A stretch of 64,000 nucleotides of DNA from Sedimentisphaerales bacterium (GTDB lineage: Bacteria; Planctomycetota; Phycisphaerae; Sedimentisphaerales; SM23-30). A program made the position numbers and the translations under genes. Of the stretch, positions 49,964 through 60,782 are shown piece by piece. The notes beneath the pieces are model-generated. The model did no database searches, had not been told where the DNA came from, and worked only from the letters and a program-made list of their open reading frames with translations. Numbering within the stretch: position 1 is the first letter of the stretch; the number at the start of each line of letters is the position of its first letter. The DNA lies in NCBI GenBank assembly GCA_963663965.2, contig CAXXFK010000025.1, forward strand, positions 1 to 64,000. The letters are read 5' to 3'.

Positions 49964-50220
49964 AACAGGCCCCCTGGATCTGGTTTGCTGCTTATCAACA
50001 TGAAAATGATTATAGCCTCATTATCGAACCAGGCAACAGGTTTTCTCCCGGTTTAACCTGGTTCGCCCTAAGCGGATAATGGAATTGATTGGTTTGCGTG
50101 AAATAATCTCCTTTGCGAGACGTTTTAAACATATCCATCGGGCTGAGTGTCCGTAACCTGTTTCATTTCATATAGATATAAAAAAGTTAAGATGTTAATT
50201 TCTTAAATAAAGGAACTACT

Positions 50221-51558
50221 ATGAAATCGAATGTCATGCATCGTCGCCAGTTTCTCAAATCGGCTGCTATTGGTGCCGGTATCACCATTCTTCCCAGCGG
50301 ATTCCTCTCCGGCCAGAATGCGCCCAGTAACAAGCTGAATATTGCCCTGATTGGCGCCTATGGCCGCGGCAGCCAGCACTGGGATGCCCTCAAAAGTGAA
50401 AATATCGTCGCTCTTTGCGATGTCGATGAAAACGCCCTGGCCAAAGCCGCCGAAGTCTTTCCCGGTGCCAAACACTATGTCGATTGGCGTAAGTGCCTGG
50501 AAGATAAAGACATCGATGCCGTTGTCTGCTGCACAACCGACCATACCCATGCCTTCGTGGCCAATTGGGCCATGAACCGCGACCTGCATGTCTATTGCGA
50601 AAAACCCCTGGCCAATTCCGTTGAAGAAGCCCGGGTTGTTCGTGAAACCTACCTGAAAAAACGCAATAAAATTGCCACCCAGGTGGGTACCCAGCGCCAT
50701 TCCGATACCAATTTCGCCCGTGTCCGTGAACTCATCCACGATGGCGCCATTGGCACACTCAAAGACGCCCGAGCCTGGGGCGATCGCCAGCTACCCAAAC
50801 CCGGTTATCTCCCGGCCGAGGGCACACCGCCCAAGACGCTCCATTATGACCTCTGGATCGGACCGTCACCCTGGCATCCTTATAATCCCGGTTATTTCGG
50901 CGCCCGCCCCGGCGCCAACTGTCTCAACTGGAATATGTACTGGGACTTCGGCACCGGCCAGGTTGGCGATATGGGCAGCCACACCATGGACCTCGTCTGG
51001 AACGTGATCGACGGTACCCGGCCCACCAGCGCCGAAGGGGTAGGCGATCCGGTCAATCCCGATGTATCACCCGTTAAACTGACCTCCACCTGGCAGATGC
51101 CTGCCAACAATTGGCGTCCCGAAATCAAAGTGCAATGGTTCCAGGGTGGCGCCATGCCGCCATCACCCAAGGGCTACATTGACCTGAATAAAATTGGCCA
51201 TGGCGCCATGTTCACCGGTGACAAGGGGATACTCATTTGTGACTTTAATTCGCGTATTATCTTACCCTGGGGCAAAGATGCCGACATGACCTATTACAAA
51301 CCGCGTGCGAAAGAAGATGTTGATCCCGGTATGGGCCATTTCCAGAAACAATGGTTCAACGCCTGCAAAACCGACCTCAAAACCCCCTGTAACTTCGATT
51401 ACGCCGGCCAGATGATCGAAATGATGCTCCTCGGCCTGGTCGCCTACCGCGTCGGTAAGAAGATCGACTACAACGGCGATAAAGGCACCACTTCCAATCC
51501 CGAAGCTCAGGCCCTCATCAAACGCCAATATCGCGAAGGCTGGACCCTCAACGGCTAA
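50221..51558 (+). CDS. Tat-exported Gfo/Idh/MocA oxidoreductase
   Basis: HRRQFLK, DHTHA, YCEKPL, TQVGTQRH, GDMGSHTMD. Confidence 0.9.
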   Translation: MKSNVMHRRQFLKSAAIGAGITILPSGFLSGQNAPSNKLNIALIGAYGRGSQHWDALKSENIVALCDVDENALAKAAEVFPGAKHYVDWRKCLEDKDIDAVVCCTTDHTHAFVANWAMNRDLHVYCEKPLANSVEEARVVRETYLKKRNKIATQVGTQRHSDTNFARVRELIHDGAIGTLKDARAWGDRQLPKPGYLPAEGTPPKTLHYDLWIGPSPWHPYNPGYFGARPGANCLNWNMYWDFGTGQVGDMGSHTMDLVWNVIDGTRPTSAEGVGDPVNPDVSPVKLTSTWQMPANNWRPEIKVQWFQGGAMPPSPKGYIDLNKIGHGAMFTGDKGILICDFNSRIILPWGKDADMTYYKPRAKEDVDPGMGHFQKQWFNACKTDLKTPCNFDYAGQMIEMMLLGLVAYRVGKKIDYNGDKGTTSNPEAQALIKRQYREGWTLNG

Positions 51559-51581
51559 GCCCAACCCGAACCAAAACCTCC

Positions 51582-51620
51582 AACGCCCACGCCGGCCCCC
51601 CAAGGCCCGTGGGCGTTTTT
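51582..51620 (+). terminator. Intrinsic terminator between convergent genes
   Basis: AACGCCCACG...CGTGGGCG followed by TTTTT. Confidence 0.75.
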
Positions 51621-51646
51621 AGTATTGGATTTAAAGCCAGGTCGAC

Positions 51647-53629
51647 TTACTCCGCCACCCTCAAAACCGTCAGCGAATAAGGCTTCAGCGTATAATGCAG
51701 GTCCGCGCCGTTCCAGGCCTCCTGAACCGGCGCGATTTTCTTCGGCTCACGGATCGAGTTTTCATCATCCGGATGTCCGGCCAGTACCAGCGCCTGACTG
51801 CCGGCTCCCGGCTGCTTGATGCCATCGATCACCAGCGCCACCTCAACCGGATCCGCACCCGGATTCACCACCTTCACAATCGTCTGCCCCGTACTTTCCT
51901 CCAGGCAGGCCGATGCCGGCAACAGCATCCCATCCGCACCGGTTACTTTAATCGGCAACTCACAATCCCCCCGGTTCAAGCTGAACATCTGCTGCACATA
52001 ATAGTTAGGCGTGGCATAAGCCGTCAGATTATCGTACCAGAACAGGTTCGGCTTCCATTGCCACCCATCCACATGCCCGGCCATCGGCGCGTACGATGAC
52101 ATCACCACCACCGCCGCGTTCCGTTCCATTCCGGTCATGAAACTCGCCTCCGCCAGTGCGCATTTCAAATTATTACGGTTATCAGGACTGCCCACAAAAT
52201 GGCTCATCGCCGCGTATTCACCCACGAACAGCTTCGGCCCTTGCCGGTCATATTTATCATAATAGTGTGCATTGTGATAGAACCAGTCGGCCGGCCGATA
52301 AAAATGCTCATCCACAATATCCGGCTTGAGTACACGCCACTGTGACCAGAGATAATCCACCTCCGCCGGCCCGTTTGGAAAAATCGCCGGGTCCGAACCG
52401 GTCGCCGCGATCAATTGCACGTCTGGATATTTCTCTTTCAGCGCCTTGGCGAAAATCTGATAGCGTTCCACATACTGCGGCCCCCACTGCTCATTGCCCA
52501 CGCCCAGGTATTTCATATTAAACGGCGCCGGATGCCCCATCGTCGCTCGCAGCCGGCCCCAGCGCGAGTCGGCCGGGCCATTGGCAAACTCGATCAGATC
52601 CAGCGCGTCCTGAACATACGGCCCCAGCTTTTCCACCGCTACCGTCTGACCGGTATTAAACTGACAGGCCATCCCGCAATTGATAATCGGCATCGGCTCG
52701 GCCCCGATCTGCTCGGCCAGCTCGAAATATTCAAAAAAGCCCAGACCGAACGACTGGAAATAATCCGGTGTCAGCCGGTGCTTGAATTCGATATTCCAGC
52801 GATTGATCAGAACCTGCCGGTCATCGAGATCGCCCACGGTCTTCTTCCACTGGTAGCGGGTCGCCAGGTTGAATCCTTCCACGATACACCCGCCCGGAAA
52901 ACGCAGAAATCCCGGCTTCATCGCCGCCATCATCGCGACTAAATCCGCCCGCAACCCCGGTACCATCCGGCCATACATCTGGCGGGCCGTATTCTCCGGA
53001 AAAAGTGAAATACTATCCAGGTCAATAGTCCCTTTGGAGATCGCCGTGACAATCAGTCGTCCTTTCATGCCGGTCGCCCGGGCCTTCATCTGGAAACAAT
53101 GATGCTGCCAGTTCCCGGCTTCCGCGGTAAATTTCCCGCTTAATAACGTCTGACCATTCTCCGCCACTACCTCCACTCGTACCCGCATCTCTGGCTCACT
53201 GGTTCGCGACCAGGTCGTAAAATAATACGATTGGTCCTGCTTGATGCCAATTCCGCGATAACCTTCGTTGCAGATCCCCACTTCAGCCCGGTCTTTTTTC
53301 ACTTCCATGCGTAAACAGCGCGCGTTGGCTTCTTCATATTTTTCCTTTTGGATCACCACTATCGAGCCTGCCTTGGGATCTTCATTCACCTTTGACCAGC
53401 CCATCATGGCGTCCGGAAACTCAAACGACCGGTTTTTCACCAGCTCGGCGTACAACCCGCCATCCCCGATAAAATTGATATCTTCGATAAACAGCCCCCA
53501 CATCGTCGGCGCAATCTTCGCGCCTGGATGCTCACGATCCACACTGATTGTCGTCGCCCCCGATAGCGGCAAACTAATACAAATAACTAACAGACAGACT
53601 ACGACCATACTTAAACGTGCTTTTTTCAT
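51647..53629 (-). CDS. Alpha-L-arabinofuranosidase (GH51), secreted
   Basis: EDINF..DGGLYAELVKNRSFE, LRFPGGCIVEG, GVGNEQWG, DEHFY, FVGEYA, SSYAP. Confidence 0.92.
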   Translation of the reverse strand: MKKARLSMVVVCLLVICISLPLSGATTISVDREHPGAKIAPTMWGLFIEDINFIGDGGLYAELVKNRSFEFPDAMMGWSKVNEDPKAGSIVVIQKEKYEEANARCLRMEVKKDRAEVGICNEGYRGIGIKQDQSYYFTTWSRTSEPEMRVRVEVVAENGQTLLSGKFTAEAGNWQHHCFQMKARATGMKGRLIVTAISKGTIDLDSISLFPENTARQMYGRMVPGLRADLVAMMAAMKPGFLRFPGGCIVEGFNLATRYQWKKTVGDLDDRQVLINRWNIEFKHRLTPDYFQSFGLGFFEYFELAEQIGAEPMPIINCGMACQFNTGQTVAVEKLGPYVQDALDLIEFANGPADSRWGRLRATMGHPAPFNMKYLGVGNEQWGPQYVERYQIFAKALKEKYPDVQLIAATGSDPAIFPNGPAEVDYLWSQWRVLKPDIVDEHFYRPADWFYHNAHYYDKYDRQGPKLFVGEYAAMSHFVGSPDNRNNLKCALAEASFMTGMERNAAVVVMSSYAPMAGHVDGWQWKPNLFWYDNLTAYATPNYYVQQMFSLNRGDCELPIKVTGADGMLLPASACLEESTGQTIVKVVNPGADPVEVALVIDGIKQPGAGSQALVLAGHPDDENSIREPKKIAPVQEAWNGADLHYTLKPYSLTVLRVAE

Positions 53630-53770
53630 ATCGATCCTTTCAGCAACAAATAATCGTTGTTGTCAACAAAATGGCCTTTGTCTGAATTTTAATCCGATTC
53701 TGTTGATTTCGCAACTGTTTAAATCGCTACTCGCCTCACTGGCTGGCCCAGGAAGCGGCCCTTCCGATCC

Positions 53771-54376
53771 TCAAGCGCAGTTCTGAATATGCCGGACCGT
53801 CTCAATCAAGGCCTGTCTGCCCATTTCCAGTGTGATAAAAGGCCGATCCTTATCGCAGGCAATCACCTGACTGCTGATCATCGGCAGATGTAAAAAACCG
53901 CATCGCATCCCGTTGCCGGTCTTTTCCGCCAGCCTCAACGCCGAATAAAGAATATGATTACACAAATGAACGCCTGCATAGTAAGAATCCGCCGCCGGAA
54001 TGCCCGCCTCGCACAATCGTTTGGCCAGACTGTCCCGGCCCGGCAAATTCACCCAACAGGCGGCCGGGCCGTCCGTTGCGATGATCTTCCCTTTGAAGAT
54101 ATTGATCGCCAGCGTCTCTACGGTCACCCGCGGTCTTTCCGGCGATTGACCACAAAATAAACAGACGTCCGGGGCATGTTCATTAATAATCCGGTCCAAC
54201 TCTGCCAGCATCGTTCGTTGCTGAGTGTCATCATCGCCATTTTCAAAAGCGACGATCTCTAAAATGATACTGTCCCAGCCTTCCGGCCGGTCCCGGCGAA
54301 GTGAATCGATCAATAACTGGGTACTGTTTTCACGATGGGTGTCATAAGGTGGAAAACCGGTTACCAGTATCTTCAT
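53771..54376 (-). CDS. pcp: Pyroglutamyl-peptidase I
   Basis: MKILVTGFPPY...NS; VETLAIN; AGVHLCNHILY; GFLHLP. Confidence 0.85.
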   Translation of the reverse strand: MKILVTGFPPYDTHRENSTQLLIDSLRRDRPEGWDSIILEIVAFENGDDDTQQRTMLAELDRIINEHAPDVCLFCGQSPERPRVTVETLAINIFKGKIIATDGPAACWVNLPGRDSLAKRLCEAGIPAADSYYAGVHLCNHILYSALRLAEKTGNGMRCGFLHLPMISSQVIACDKDRPFITLEMGRQALIETVRHIQNCA

Positions 54377-54407
54377 GGTGGTATACTCTTGGTCTCTTCA
54401 GATAATT

Positions 54408-55214
54408 TTAATGATTGGATGGCGGTCCGGCCGGCATTGACACGGCCTTAATGCTTTTAGTTTCAGCAGAAATTTCCGATAACGGCTTGGGAATAATCGT
54501 TGTCAATATTGCTTGCATTATCTGATCGACAAATTGACCTAACTCACTCTTTTTTTCTGGTAATAAAGGTGGGGGAGTGTCCCCGTCAGCTTCCTTGATG
54601 TTAGCTGGTACATTCTCAACGGCGTTATCAGAAAAATCAATTCCCGTTCTGGCCGACAAACTCCGTGTCGCCAGGATGCGGCCGGTTTCAGGCTCCACGA
54701 AAGTCACAATGATTGTCATATCCGGCGGCAGGGGATCATTCGGATCGACCGCGACCAATGCATCTATAGGGTGGTTTTTATTAAGCAGGTCCGGCCGGTA
54801 CAGGGTGATACCGGCGGCGGGGGGGGTGGCTGCCGGACGGTTCCCGGTCCCGGTTGACGCCAGCGGCACATGAAACGTGCCATAGCTCTGTTTTCCTCCC
54901 GATATCCTCGCCATGACCCGCACCTGCTGCCCGGCTTCCGCCTTGATCCGCGTCGAAAAGCCGCCGTCACTCCGCAAGGTAATCGGTACCCGCACTTTGC
55001 TGGACAAATTTTCAATATAAAACGAGGTCGGCGGCGATGAACTGGTTACCGCGCCTCCGTTGCCTGCTACCGCTACAATCCCGCTGCTGTTGGGAGCCGA
55101 TACCGTAATCAGATCCTTGTGGACTTTCACATGCAATTGACCGGCCGCCGGTAACGCCCATCCCAGAACCACAATCCCTACCCACACCCCGACCCTCGTC
55201 ACAATCCGGTGCAT
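54408..55214 (-). CDS. Hypothetical secreted protein
   Basis: Signal peptide MHRIVTRVGVWVGIVVLGWALPAAG; co-oriented with and overlapping tsaE. Confidence 0.6.
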   Translation of the reverse strand: MHRIVTRVGVWVGIVVLGWALPAAGQLHVKVHKDLITVSAPNSSGIVAVAGNGGAVTSSSPPTSFYIENLSSKVRVPITLRSDGGFSTRIKAEAGQQVRVMARISGGKQSYGTFHVPLASTGTGNRPAATPPAAGITLYRPDLLNKNHPIDALVAVDPNDPLPPDMTIIVTFVEPETGRILATRSLSARTGIDFSDNAVENVPANIKEADGDTPPPLLPEKKSELGQFVDQIMQAILTTIIPKPLSEISAETKSIKAVSMPAGPPSNH

Positions 55215-55681
55215 AGCGCCTCCCAGAGATGACCGGGCAGATTCTTGATCAGAATTCCCCGGCTGGTTTCCCCTAAATGATTGATAAATACCCAGATCGC
55301 CTGATAATCCTTCAGAATATCCGGCACCTTGTCCGCCCATTCAACCACAACCACTGTCGGGCCGCAGCAGAATTCATCGAACCCCAGTCCTTCCAACTGT
55401 TGACTGCTCTCCAGCCGATAAGCGTCAATATGGTAAAGCTGATATCGGCCTTCATATTCGTTAATCAAGGTGAAAGTCGGACTGGTCACCTCGTCAGCGT
55501 TCCACACTTCCAGCCCGCTGGCCAGACCCTTGATAAAATGGGTTTTGCCCGCTCCCAGGTTGCCCGATAATGCCACGATTTCGCCGCCTTGCATCGCCTG
55601 GCCAAGCTTAAAGCCCAGTTCGATCGTCTGTTCTACCGATTCACTGGTCGACTCGAATATATGCCCATCGTCATGATCCAC
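55199..55681 (-). CDS. tsaE: tRNA threonylcarbamoyladenosine biosynthesis ATPase TsaE
   Basis: GNLGAGKT, VTSPTFTL, YHIDAYRL, VEW. Confidence 0.95.
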   Translation of the reverse strand: MDHDDGHIFESTSESVEQTIELGFKLGQAMQGGEIVALSGNLGAGKTHFIKGLASGLEVWNADEVTSPTFTLINEYEGRYQLYHIDAYRLESSQQLEGLGFDEFCCGPTVVVVEWADKVPDILKDYQAIWVFINHLGETSRGILIKNLPGHLWEALCTGL

Positions 55682-56633
55682 AAAAATGCTCCCATCCTCC
55701 GGGCTTAACCGGGGTTAGAGTGCCATCGTTATCACGCAGGACTACCGCATCCTTGTTTAAGTCAGCCGCTATTATCCGGCCAATCCGGGTTAATTGCAAG
55801 TCTGAAATTTCCGGCCATTCCGCCTGTAATCGTTCCCCGTCTTCGGCCCCCACACAAAACAGCAGCTCAAAATCCTCGCCATCATTCAAAGCGGCGCTCA
55901 ATGGATCGGGCCGGGCCCCGGCCGCCTTACTGATTGGAATAGCCCCGCGCTCCAGCGCTGCCGCCACCCCGCTGGCCTTGCAGATATGCCGCAAATCGCT
56001 GCTCAATCCGTCACTCAAGTCCATCATCGCGTGCAGATCCAACATTTTATAAAGAGTTCTTGCTTCCAGAACCCTTGGTATAAAGTTCAGATGATGTCCC
56101 GCCAGTGAGCCGCCCAGTGTGCCCGTCACAAAAATCGCATCGCCCACCCTTGCCCCACTGCGATAAACCGGCCGCTCACCTTCCGGCATGCGCCCCAGCA
56201 TCGTCACATTGATCGCCAGCGGCTTGTCCCAGCTGGTGGTATCCCCGCCTATCACCGGACAGTGATATTCCCCGGCCGCCTGCTCGATCCCATAATACAA
56301 CTCCCGGCAATCCGCCATACTCATCGCCCGCGGCAGCGCCACCGCAATCACCGCACCCACCGGCTCACACGCCATCGCCGCGCAATCGCTCAGACTGCAC
56401 GCCATCGCCTTATATCCCACCTGGCGCAAATCACATCGCTTCAGATCGAAATGCACCCCCTCCAGCAGCATATCCGTCGTCACCAGCACCGTCTGCCCGC
56501 CCAGTTCCATCACCGCCATATCATCCCCGATCCCAGCAGTCACATACCCCGGCATACCCGCCTGATGCTGCCGGATCCAGTCAATCAATCCAAATTCCGA
56601 TTTTGATTCATTCACAATGAATAACTTCTCCAA
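55671..56633 (-). CDS. thiL: Thiamine-monophosphate kinase
   Basis: EFGLIDWI, GIGDDMAV, TTDMLLEGVHF, SDCAAM, DLSDGL, GEDFELLF, GWEHF; start may be about 56615. Confidence 0.93.
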   Translation of the reverse strand: MEKLFIVNESKSEFGLIDWIRQHQAGMPGYVTAGIGDDMAVMELGGQTVLVTTDMLLEGVHFDLKRCDLRQVGYKAMACSLSDCAAMACEPVGAVIAVALPRAMSMADCRELYYGIEQAAGEYHCPVIGGDTTSWDKPLAINVTMLGRMPEGERPVYRSGARVGDAIFVTGTLGGSLAGHHLNFIPRVLEARTLYKMLDLHAMMDLSDGLSSDLRHICKASGVAAALERGAIPISKAAGARPDPLSAALNDGEDFELLFCVGAEDGERLQAEWPEISDLQLTRIGRIIAADLNKDAVVLRDNDGTLTPVKPGGWEHFCGS

Positions 56634-56681
56634 TTTACAAATATTTGCGAAGAATAGACATGATAAATAGTTAATTTATAC

Positions 56682-57527
56682 TTACCACCAAAAATAAGGA
56701 TAATCAGTTCGTAAAACCATTTTATCGGTATGATCATCGAAATCACGGCATCTACCCTGACCAAAATTTACCCATTTAATATGACCATCCAGATAAGCCG
56801 TATTGCCCCCGGCCGGGATATCGAGATTGTTGGCTCGATGATTGGATTGATCTCTGATTCCCCATAGAGCATAGGCTCCTCCTTCGACATTGAAATAGTT
56901 TAGTCGGGCTCGGGCATCCTGGTCATCAGCAGGTGGCCCGGAACTCATGACGACATCGACGATAAGCTCCTGTTCTGAACCGTTGTCAACATCAAAAGTG
57001 GTAGGCAAAGGATGAAAGCCCGGTTTAAAATGGTGTTGGTCATCGTACCAATGTGAAGGCATGCTACTGTTTGGAGGTCGTATGATATTTAAAAAACTAT
57101 ATCCGATCACGCGATAATAAGAATCTCGATCCAAAGCGTTCGGCTCAGGAATATTGTCGGCAATGGGTAGATGATTCCATCCTTCGGAATAGCGCCAGAA
57201 TTTATTATCTAAATATTTGTAAGTTGCAGATGGGCAATAGAATGTGGCTTTTTGGCTGCCATAGGAGATTAATATATCGGTATCGGAATAAAAAATGTTA
57301 AAAAGCCAGGGCATACTTTTTCCTGGTTGGAGTGTGGGTAACTGATTTTGATTGTCTTGAGCGTAGCAATAATTAGACCGGAAATTGACCAGTTCATTGG
57401 TCATACAGATTTTCCTGCGATTTAATTCCGCTTTATACGGCGTAGAAGCCCCGATCATGAGGAAACTGATTGCCAGTAGAATGGCCAGTACCGCAAGATT
57501 TTTTAAGTCAAATTGCCTGGAATTCAT
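56682..57527 (-). CDS. Pseudopilin-like (DUF1559 / H-X9-DG type) protein with a degenerate N-terminal prepilin motif
   Basis: N-terminal hydrophobic helix; ICMTN...YAQDN...LP; FYCPS; H....GGNTAYLDGHIKW. Confidence 0.7.
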   Translation of the reverse strand: MNSRQFDLKNLAVLAILLAISFLMIGASTPYKAELNRRKICMTNELVNFRSNYCYAQDNQNQLPTLQPGKSMPWLFNIFYSDTDILISYGSQKATFYCPSATYKYLDNKFWRYSEGWNHLPIADNIPEPNALDRDSYYRVIGYSFLNIIRPPNSSMPSHWYDDQHHFKPGFHPLPTTFDVDNGSEQELIVDVVMSSGPPADDQDARARLNYFNVEGGAYALWGIRDQSNHRANNLDIPAGGNTAYLDGHIKWVNFGQGRCRDFDDHTDKMVLRTDYPYFWW

Positions 57528-57561
57528 AATGATCCTTTTAAGATGGAATAAGAGGATTCAT

Positions 57562-59151
57562 TTATTGTAATAACAAAGTTATCCAGTCGCTACTGAATAT
57601 GCTAAGGTCCGCCGAATCAATATATTGATCGCTGTTTATATCACTTGGCAAATAAAACTGGATAGTATGCGTGCATAAATCAACGCTGGTTAAGGGATGC
57701 TTAAAATTGGGGTCGCTGCAATTCATCCAACTGGCTGTTAGCCAGGCAAAGTCTATTAGGTTGACCCGGCCATCCCGATTCAGATCGGCCCGATAAGTCA
57801 GGTCAAGGTTGGATGATAGGCAATTATCACTGGCAACGGCCCAGAGCAGTCCGTCTGAATCTGCCACAATCAGGGTATTATCTTTCGTGATAATCGGATA
57901 AGTGAGCCATTGTTTTCCGGTAAAACGGGTTGTTGCATGTCCTTGTGGATTCAGAATGGTCAGATCGCCATCTTCCCCGGCTGCATAAACAAAGCCGCTT
58001 CGGTCCACCGTCAGAAACTGGTTGCCCACTATGCCACAGGGCGTCTCCCACTTATGACTGCCATCGGGTGCGATGGCAATAATTTTGGATTGGCTCAGTG
58101 TGGTATATTTCATGGGTTCACGTAACAATGTTGACTCCAGACTAAAGTAGATTGTTTCATCTGGACCAACTGCCGGCGGTGTCCAGCATCGGGCATTCAG
58201 GATTGTTTTGAATGAATCATTCGGCGTTACGATATCGGAATAATCTTCAACCAGACTGGTTTGCCAGGATACGGTGCCATTGACACTATCAATAGCAAAC
58301 AGAATCGGATATTGGCTTGGCAATACATAGAGAGTATCTTGACTGTTGTTAAGTACGGGTGATATTTGAATCCCGATTTGTTGATTGGGTGGGAATCTTT
58401 CAGGTAACGTGAGATGCCATCGGTTTGAACCGTCTTTGGAATTCAGGGCATAAATTTGGTTCTGATAAAACTCAGTAACATAAATGGTGCCGTTCGCGTC
58501 AATGGCAGGGGATGCCACGATAGAGCTGGTCAATTGGCGATGCCAGATGAGGGTGCCTTGAGAATCCAGCAGATAAACCAGACCATTGACGGTTGTAATT
58601 AATATCCGATCGGAGGGCAGGGGAGTAATGGAGGTAATCGTATCGTCTGGGAAGTCTTTGTGCCAGATACCGGCGCCTTCCGGTGTCAGGGCTTCAAGTA
58701 TCGATTGATCGGAACTGATCAGTAGGATTCCATTATAGTCAACCGCCAGTGAGGTTAAATAATTCGTATTAATTGGGTAATCCCAGAGGATCACCCCGTC
58801 TTTATCTAAAGCAATCAGTTTGTTATTATCAGCGACTAAATATATCTGTCCGTCAAGACCTATAACGGGCGAGGTAAGAATGCTGCCGCCGACTGGACAA
58901 CTCCATTTGACGCAACCCATGCGGGGGCCGATAAAAGAGCTTTGCGATTGGCGTGCCAGCGACCCAAAGGGAACCGGCCAGACTGGCTGATTGGATAAAC
59001 ATGGTTCAGAAATACCCAGAGCTAAAATTAGCGCTAAGTATGTGTAATTAAATAGATTAACAAAATGTCTGAATGATGATGTTTCTTTGCCTGGCCGATT
59101 CGAACTCGAAATATGAGCCCTTAAAGACATAACCAAAATATTTTCCTCCAA
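57562..59151 (-). CDS. PQQ-like beta-propeller protein with a C-terminal dockerin-like domain
   Basis: Repeated SP.I..DG.IY / LYAL...G...W units; ADLNRDGRVNLIDF and SDINSDQYIDSADL; start uncertain. Confidence 0.8.
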   Translation of the reverse strand: MEENILVMSLRAHISSSNRPGKETSSFRHFVNLFNYTYLALILALGISEPCLSNQPVWPVPFGSLARQSQSSFIGPRMGCVKWSCPVGGSILTSPVIGLDGQIYLVADNNKLIALDKDGVILWDYPINTNYLTSLAVDYNGILLISSDQSILEALTPEGAGIWHKDFPDDTITSITPLPSDRILITTVNGLVYLLDSQGTLIWHRQLTSSIVASPAIDANGTIYVTEFYQNQIYALNSKDGSNRWHLTLPERFPPNQQIGIQISPVLNNSQDTLYVLPSQYPILFAIDSVNGTVSWQTSLVEDYSDIVTPNDSFKTILNARCWTPPAVGPDETIYFSLESTLLREPMKYTTLSQSKIIAIAPDGSHKWETPCGIVGNQFLTVDRSGFVYAAGEDGDLTILNPQGHATTRFTGKQWLTYPIITKDNTLIVADSDGLLWAVASDNCLSSNLDLTYRADLNRDGRVNLIDFAWLTASWMNCSDPNFKHPLTSVDLCTHTIQFYLPSDINSDQYIDSADLSIFSSDWITLLLQ

Positions 59152-59325
59152 ATTCAGGATGCTATCGTAATAACAAACTTTGTTTATATTACCAAAAAAG
59201 CAGTAATGAGTAAAGACAAAAGAGTGAATCGCTGGAACGAGGAAACAGTCTTTTTACGGTTAATAACGGGCGCAATACTATTTTTAACCGATGAAACCTG
59301 AGGGAGATATTTATCTATACACAGA

Positions 59326-60708
59326 TCATTTCAATTTCCGCTTCCAGAACGCCAGTTGCTGCTTAAGCTGTTTCTTGCCGGCCGAACCTTTCACCTGGTA
59401 ACGGGCCACCACATTGCCCGTACTCAAATACCGGTAAACATCGGCTTCAATCTTTTGACAGGTCGCCTGATAATCCGCCAGCGGTATCTGAGCCAGCGTC
59501 AACCCCTTGGCTTCCGCCTCACTGACCAGTTTACCGACATAATGATGCGCCTGCCGGAACGGGATCCCTTTGCCCACCAGGTATTCCGCCAGCACCGTCG
59601 CGTCCAGAAATCCTTCTTCCAGTCCATCGGCAATCCCATCCGGCTTAAATGCCGTATTCGCCACCACCGCCGCCGCCATCTGGATACACGCCAGCACGGT
59701 ATCGTTCGCGTCAAAGACCTGTTTCTTATCTTCCTGCATGTCCCGGTTATAACCCGCCGGCAACCCCTTCAGCATCGTCAGCAGCGCCATCAGATTACCA
59801 TACACTCCGCCGCACTTGCCGCGAATCAGTTCCATCATATCCGGGTTCCGCTTCTGCGGCATCATGCTGCTGCCGGTACTGTAGGCGTCCGCGATCCGGA
59901 TAAAGCCAAATTCCTGCGAACAGAACAATATCCAGTCCTCCGCCAGCCGCGACAGATGCGTCGCCGTCAGCGAACAGGCAAACACATATTCCGCACAGAA
60001 ATCCCGGTCACTGATACTGTCGATACTGTTGCGGGTGATCGCTGGAAAATCCAGCAGCTTCGCCGTCAGATCCCGGTCCAGCGGCAAGGTGCTGCCCGCC
60101 AGCGCGCCGCTGCCCAGCGGACACACATTCGCCCGTTTCCGCGAATCTTCAAACCGCTCCTTGTCACGTTGCAGTTGCTCCACAAAAACCAGCAGATAAT
60201 GACCCGCCAATACCGGCTGCGCCCGCTGCAAATGGGTATAACCCGGCATGATCAAATCCCCGTATTCTTCCGCTTTGACGGCCAGTACCCGTTGCAAATT
60301 GTTAATCGCCGCGATCATCTCATCGATCGCCTGACGCGTCCACAGCCGCATATCCAGCGCCACCTGATCATTGCGGCTCCGCCCGGTATGCAGTTTCTTG
60401 CCGGCGTCCCCGATTCGGTTGATCAATTCCGCCTCGATCACCATATGAATATCTTCAAACCGCTTGTCGAAAACAAACCGGCCCGCCTCAATATCCGACT
60501 GGATACCCAGCAATCCCTTGCGGATCTTGGCGTATTCACCCTTGGTTATCAGACCTTGCTCGCACAGCATCCCCGCATGAGCGATACTCCCGGCAATATC
60601 ATGCCGATACAGTCGATGATCCACGCTGATTGATTCCACAAAATCGACCGCAATTTCGGCCTGGTCCTGGGCCATCCGGCTCTGCCAGCTTTTGTTATCT
60701 TTTTTCAT
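59326..60708 (-). CDS. argH: Argininosuccinate lyase
   Basis: EDIHM, LHTGRSRNDQV, PGYTHLQRAQP, GSSMMPQKRNPD, YNRDMQEDK, PFRQAH. Confidence 0.97.
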   Translation of the reverse strand: MKKDNKSWQSRMAQDQAEIAVDFVESISVDHRLYRHDIAGSIAHAGMLCEQGLITKGEYAKIRKGLLGIQSDIEAGRFVFDKRFEDIHMVIEAELINRIGDAGKKLHTGRSRNDQVALDMRLWTRQAIDEMIAAINNLQRVLAVKAEEYGDLIMPGYTHLQRAQPVLAGHYLLVFVEQLQRDKERFEDSRKRANVCPLGSGALAGSTLPLDRDLTAKLLDFPAITRNSIDSISDRDFCAEYVFACSLTATHLSRLAEDWILFCSQEFGFIRIADAYSTGSSMMPQKRNPDMMELIRGKCGGVYGNLMALLTMLKGLPAGYNRDMQEDKKQVFDANDTVLACIQMAAAVVANTAFKPDGIADGLEEGFLDATVLAEYLVGKGIPFRQAHHYVGKLVSEAEAKGLTLAQIPLADYQATCQKIEADVYRYLSTGNVVARYQVKGSAGKKQLKQQLAFWKRKLK

Positions 60709-60729
60709 AGCAGGTACTTCCAAATTCCA

Positions 60730-60758
60730 TTGACGGATTTATCCCTGTCAGGTAAACT
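60730..60758 (+). promoter_or_regulatory. sigma70-like promoter for the GAF-PP2C gene
   Basis: TTGACG-N17-TAAACT. Confidence 0.55.
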
Positions 60759-60782
60759 AATGGACTATAATGTAAGGGTATC

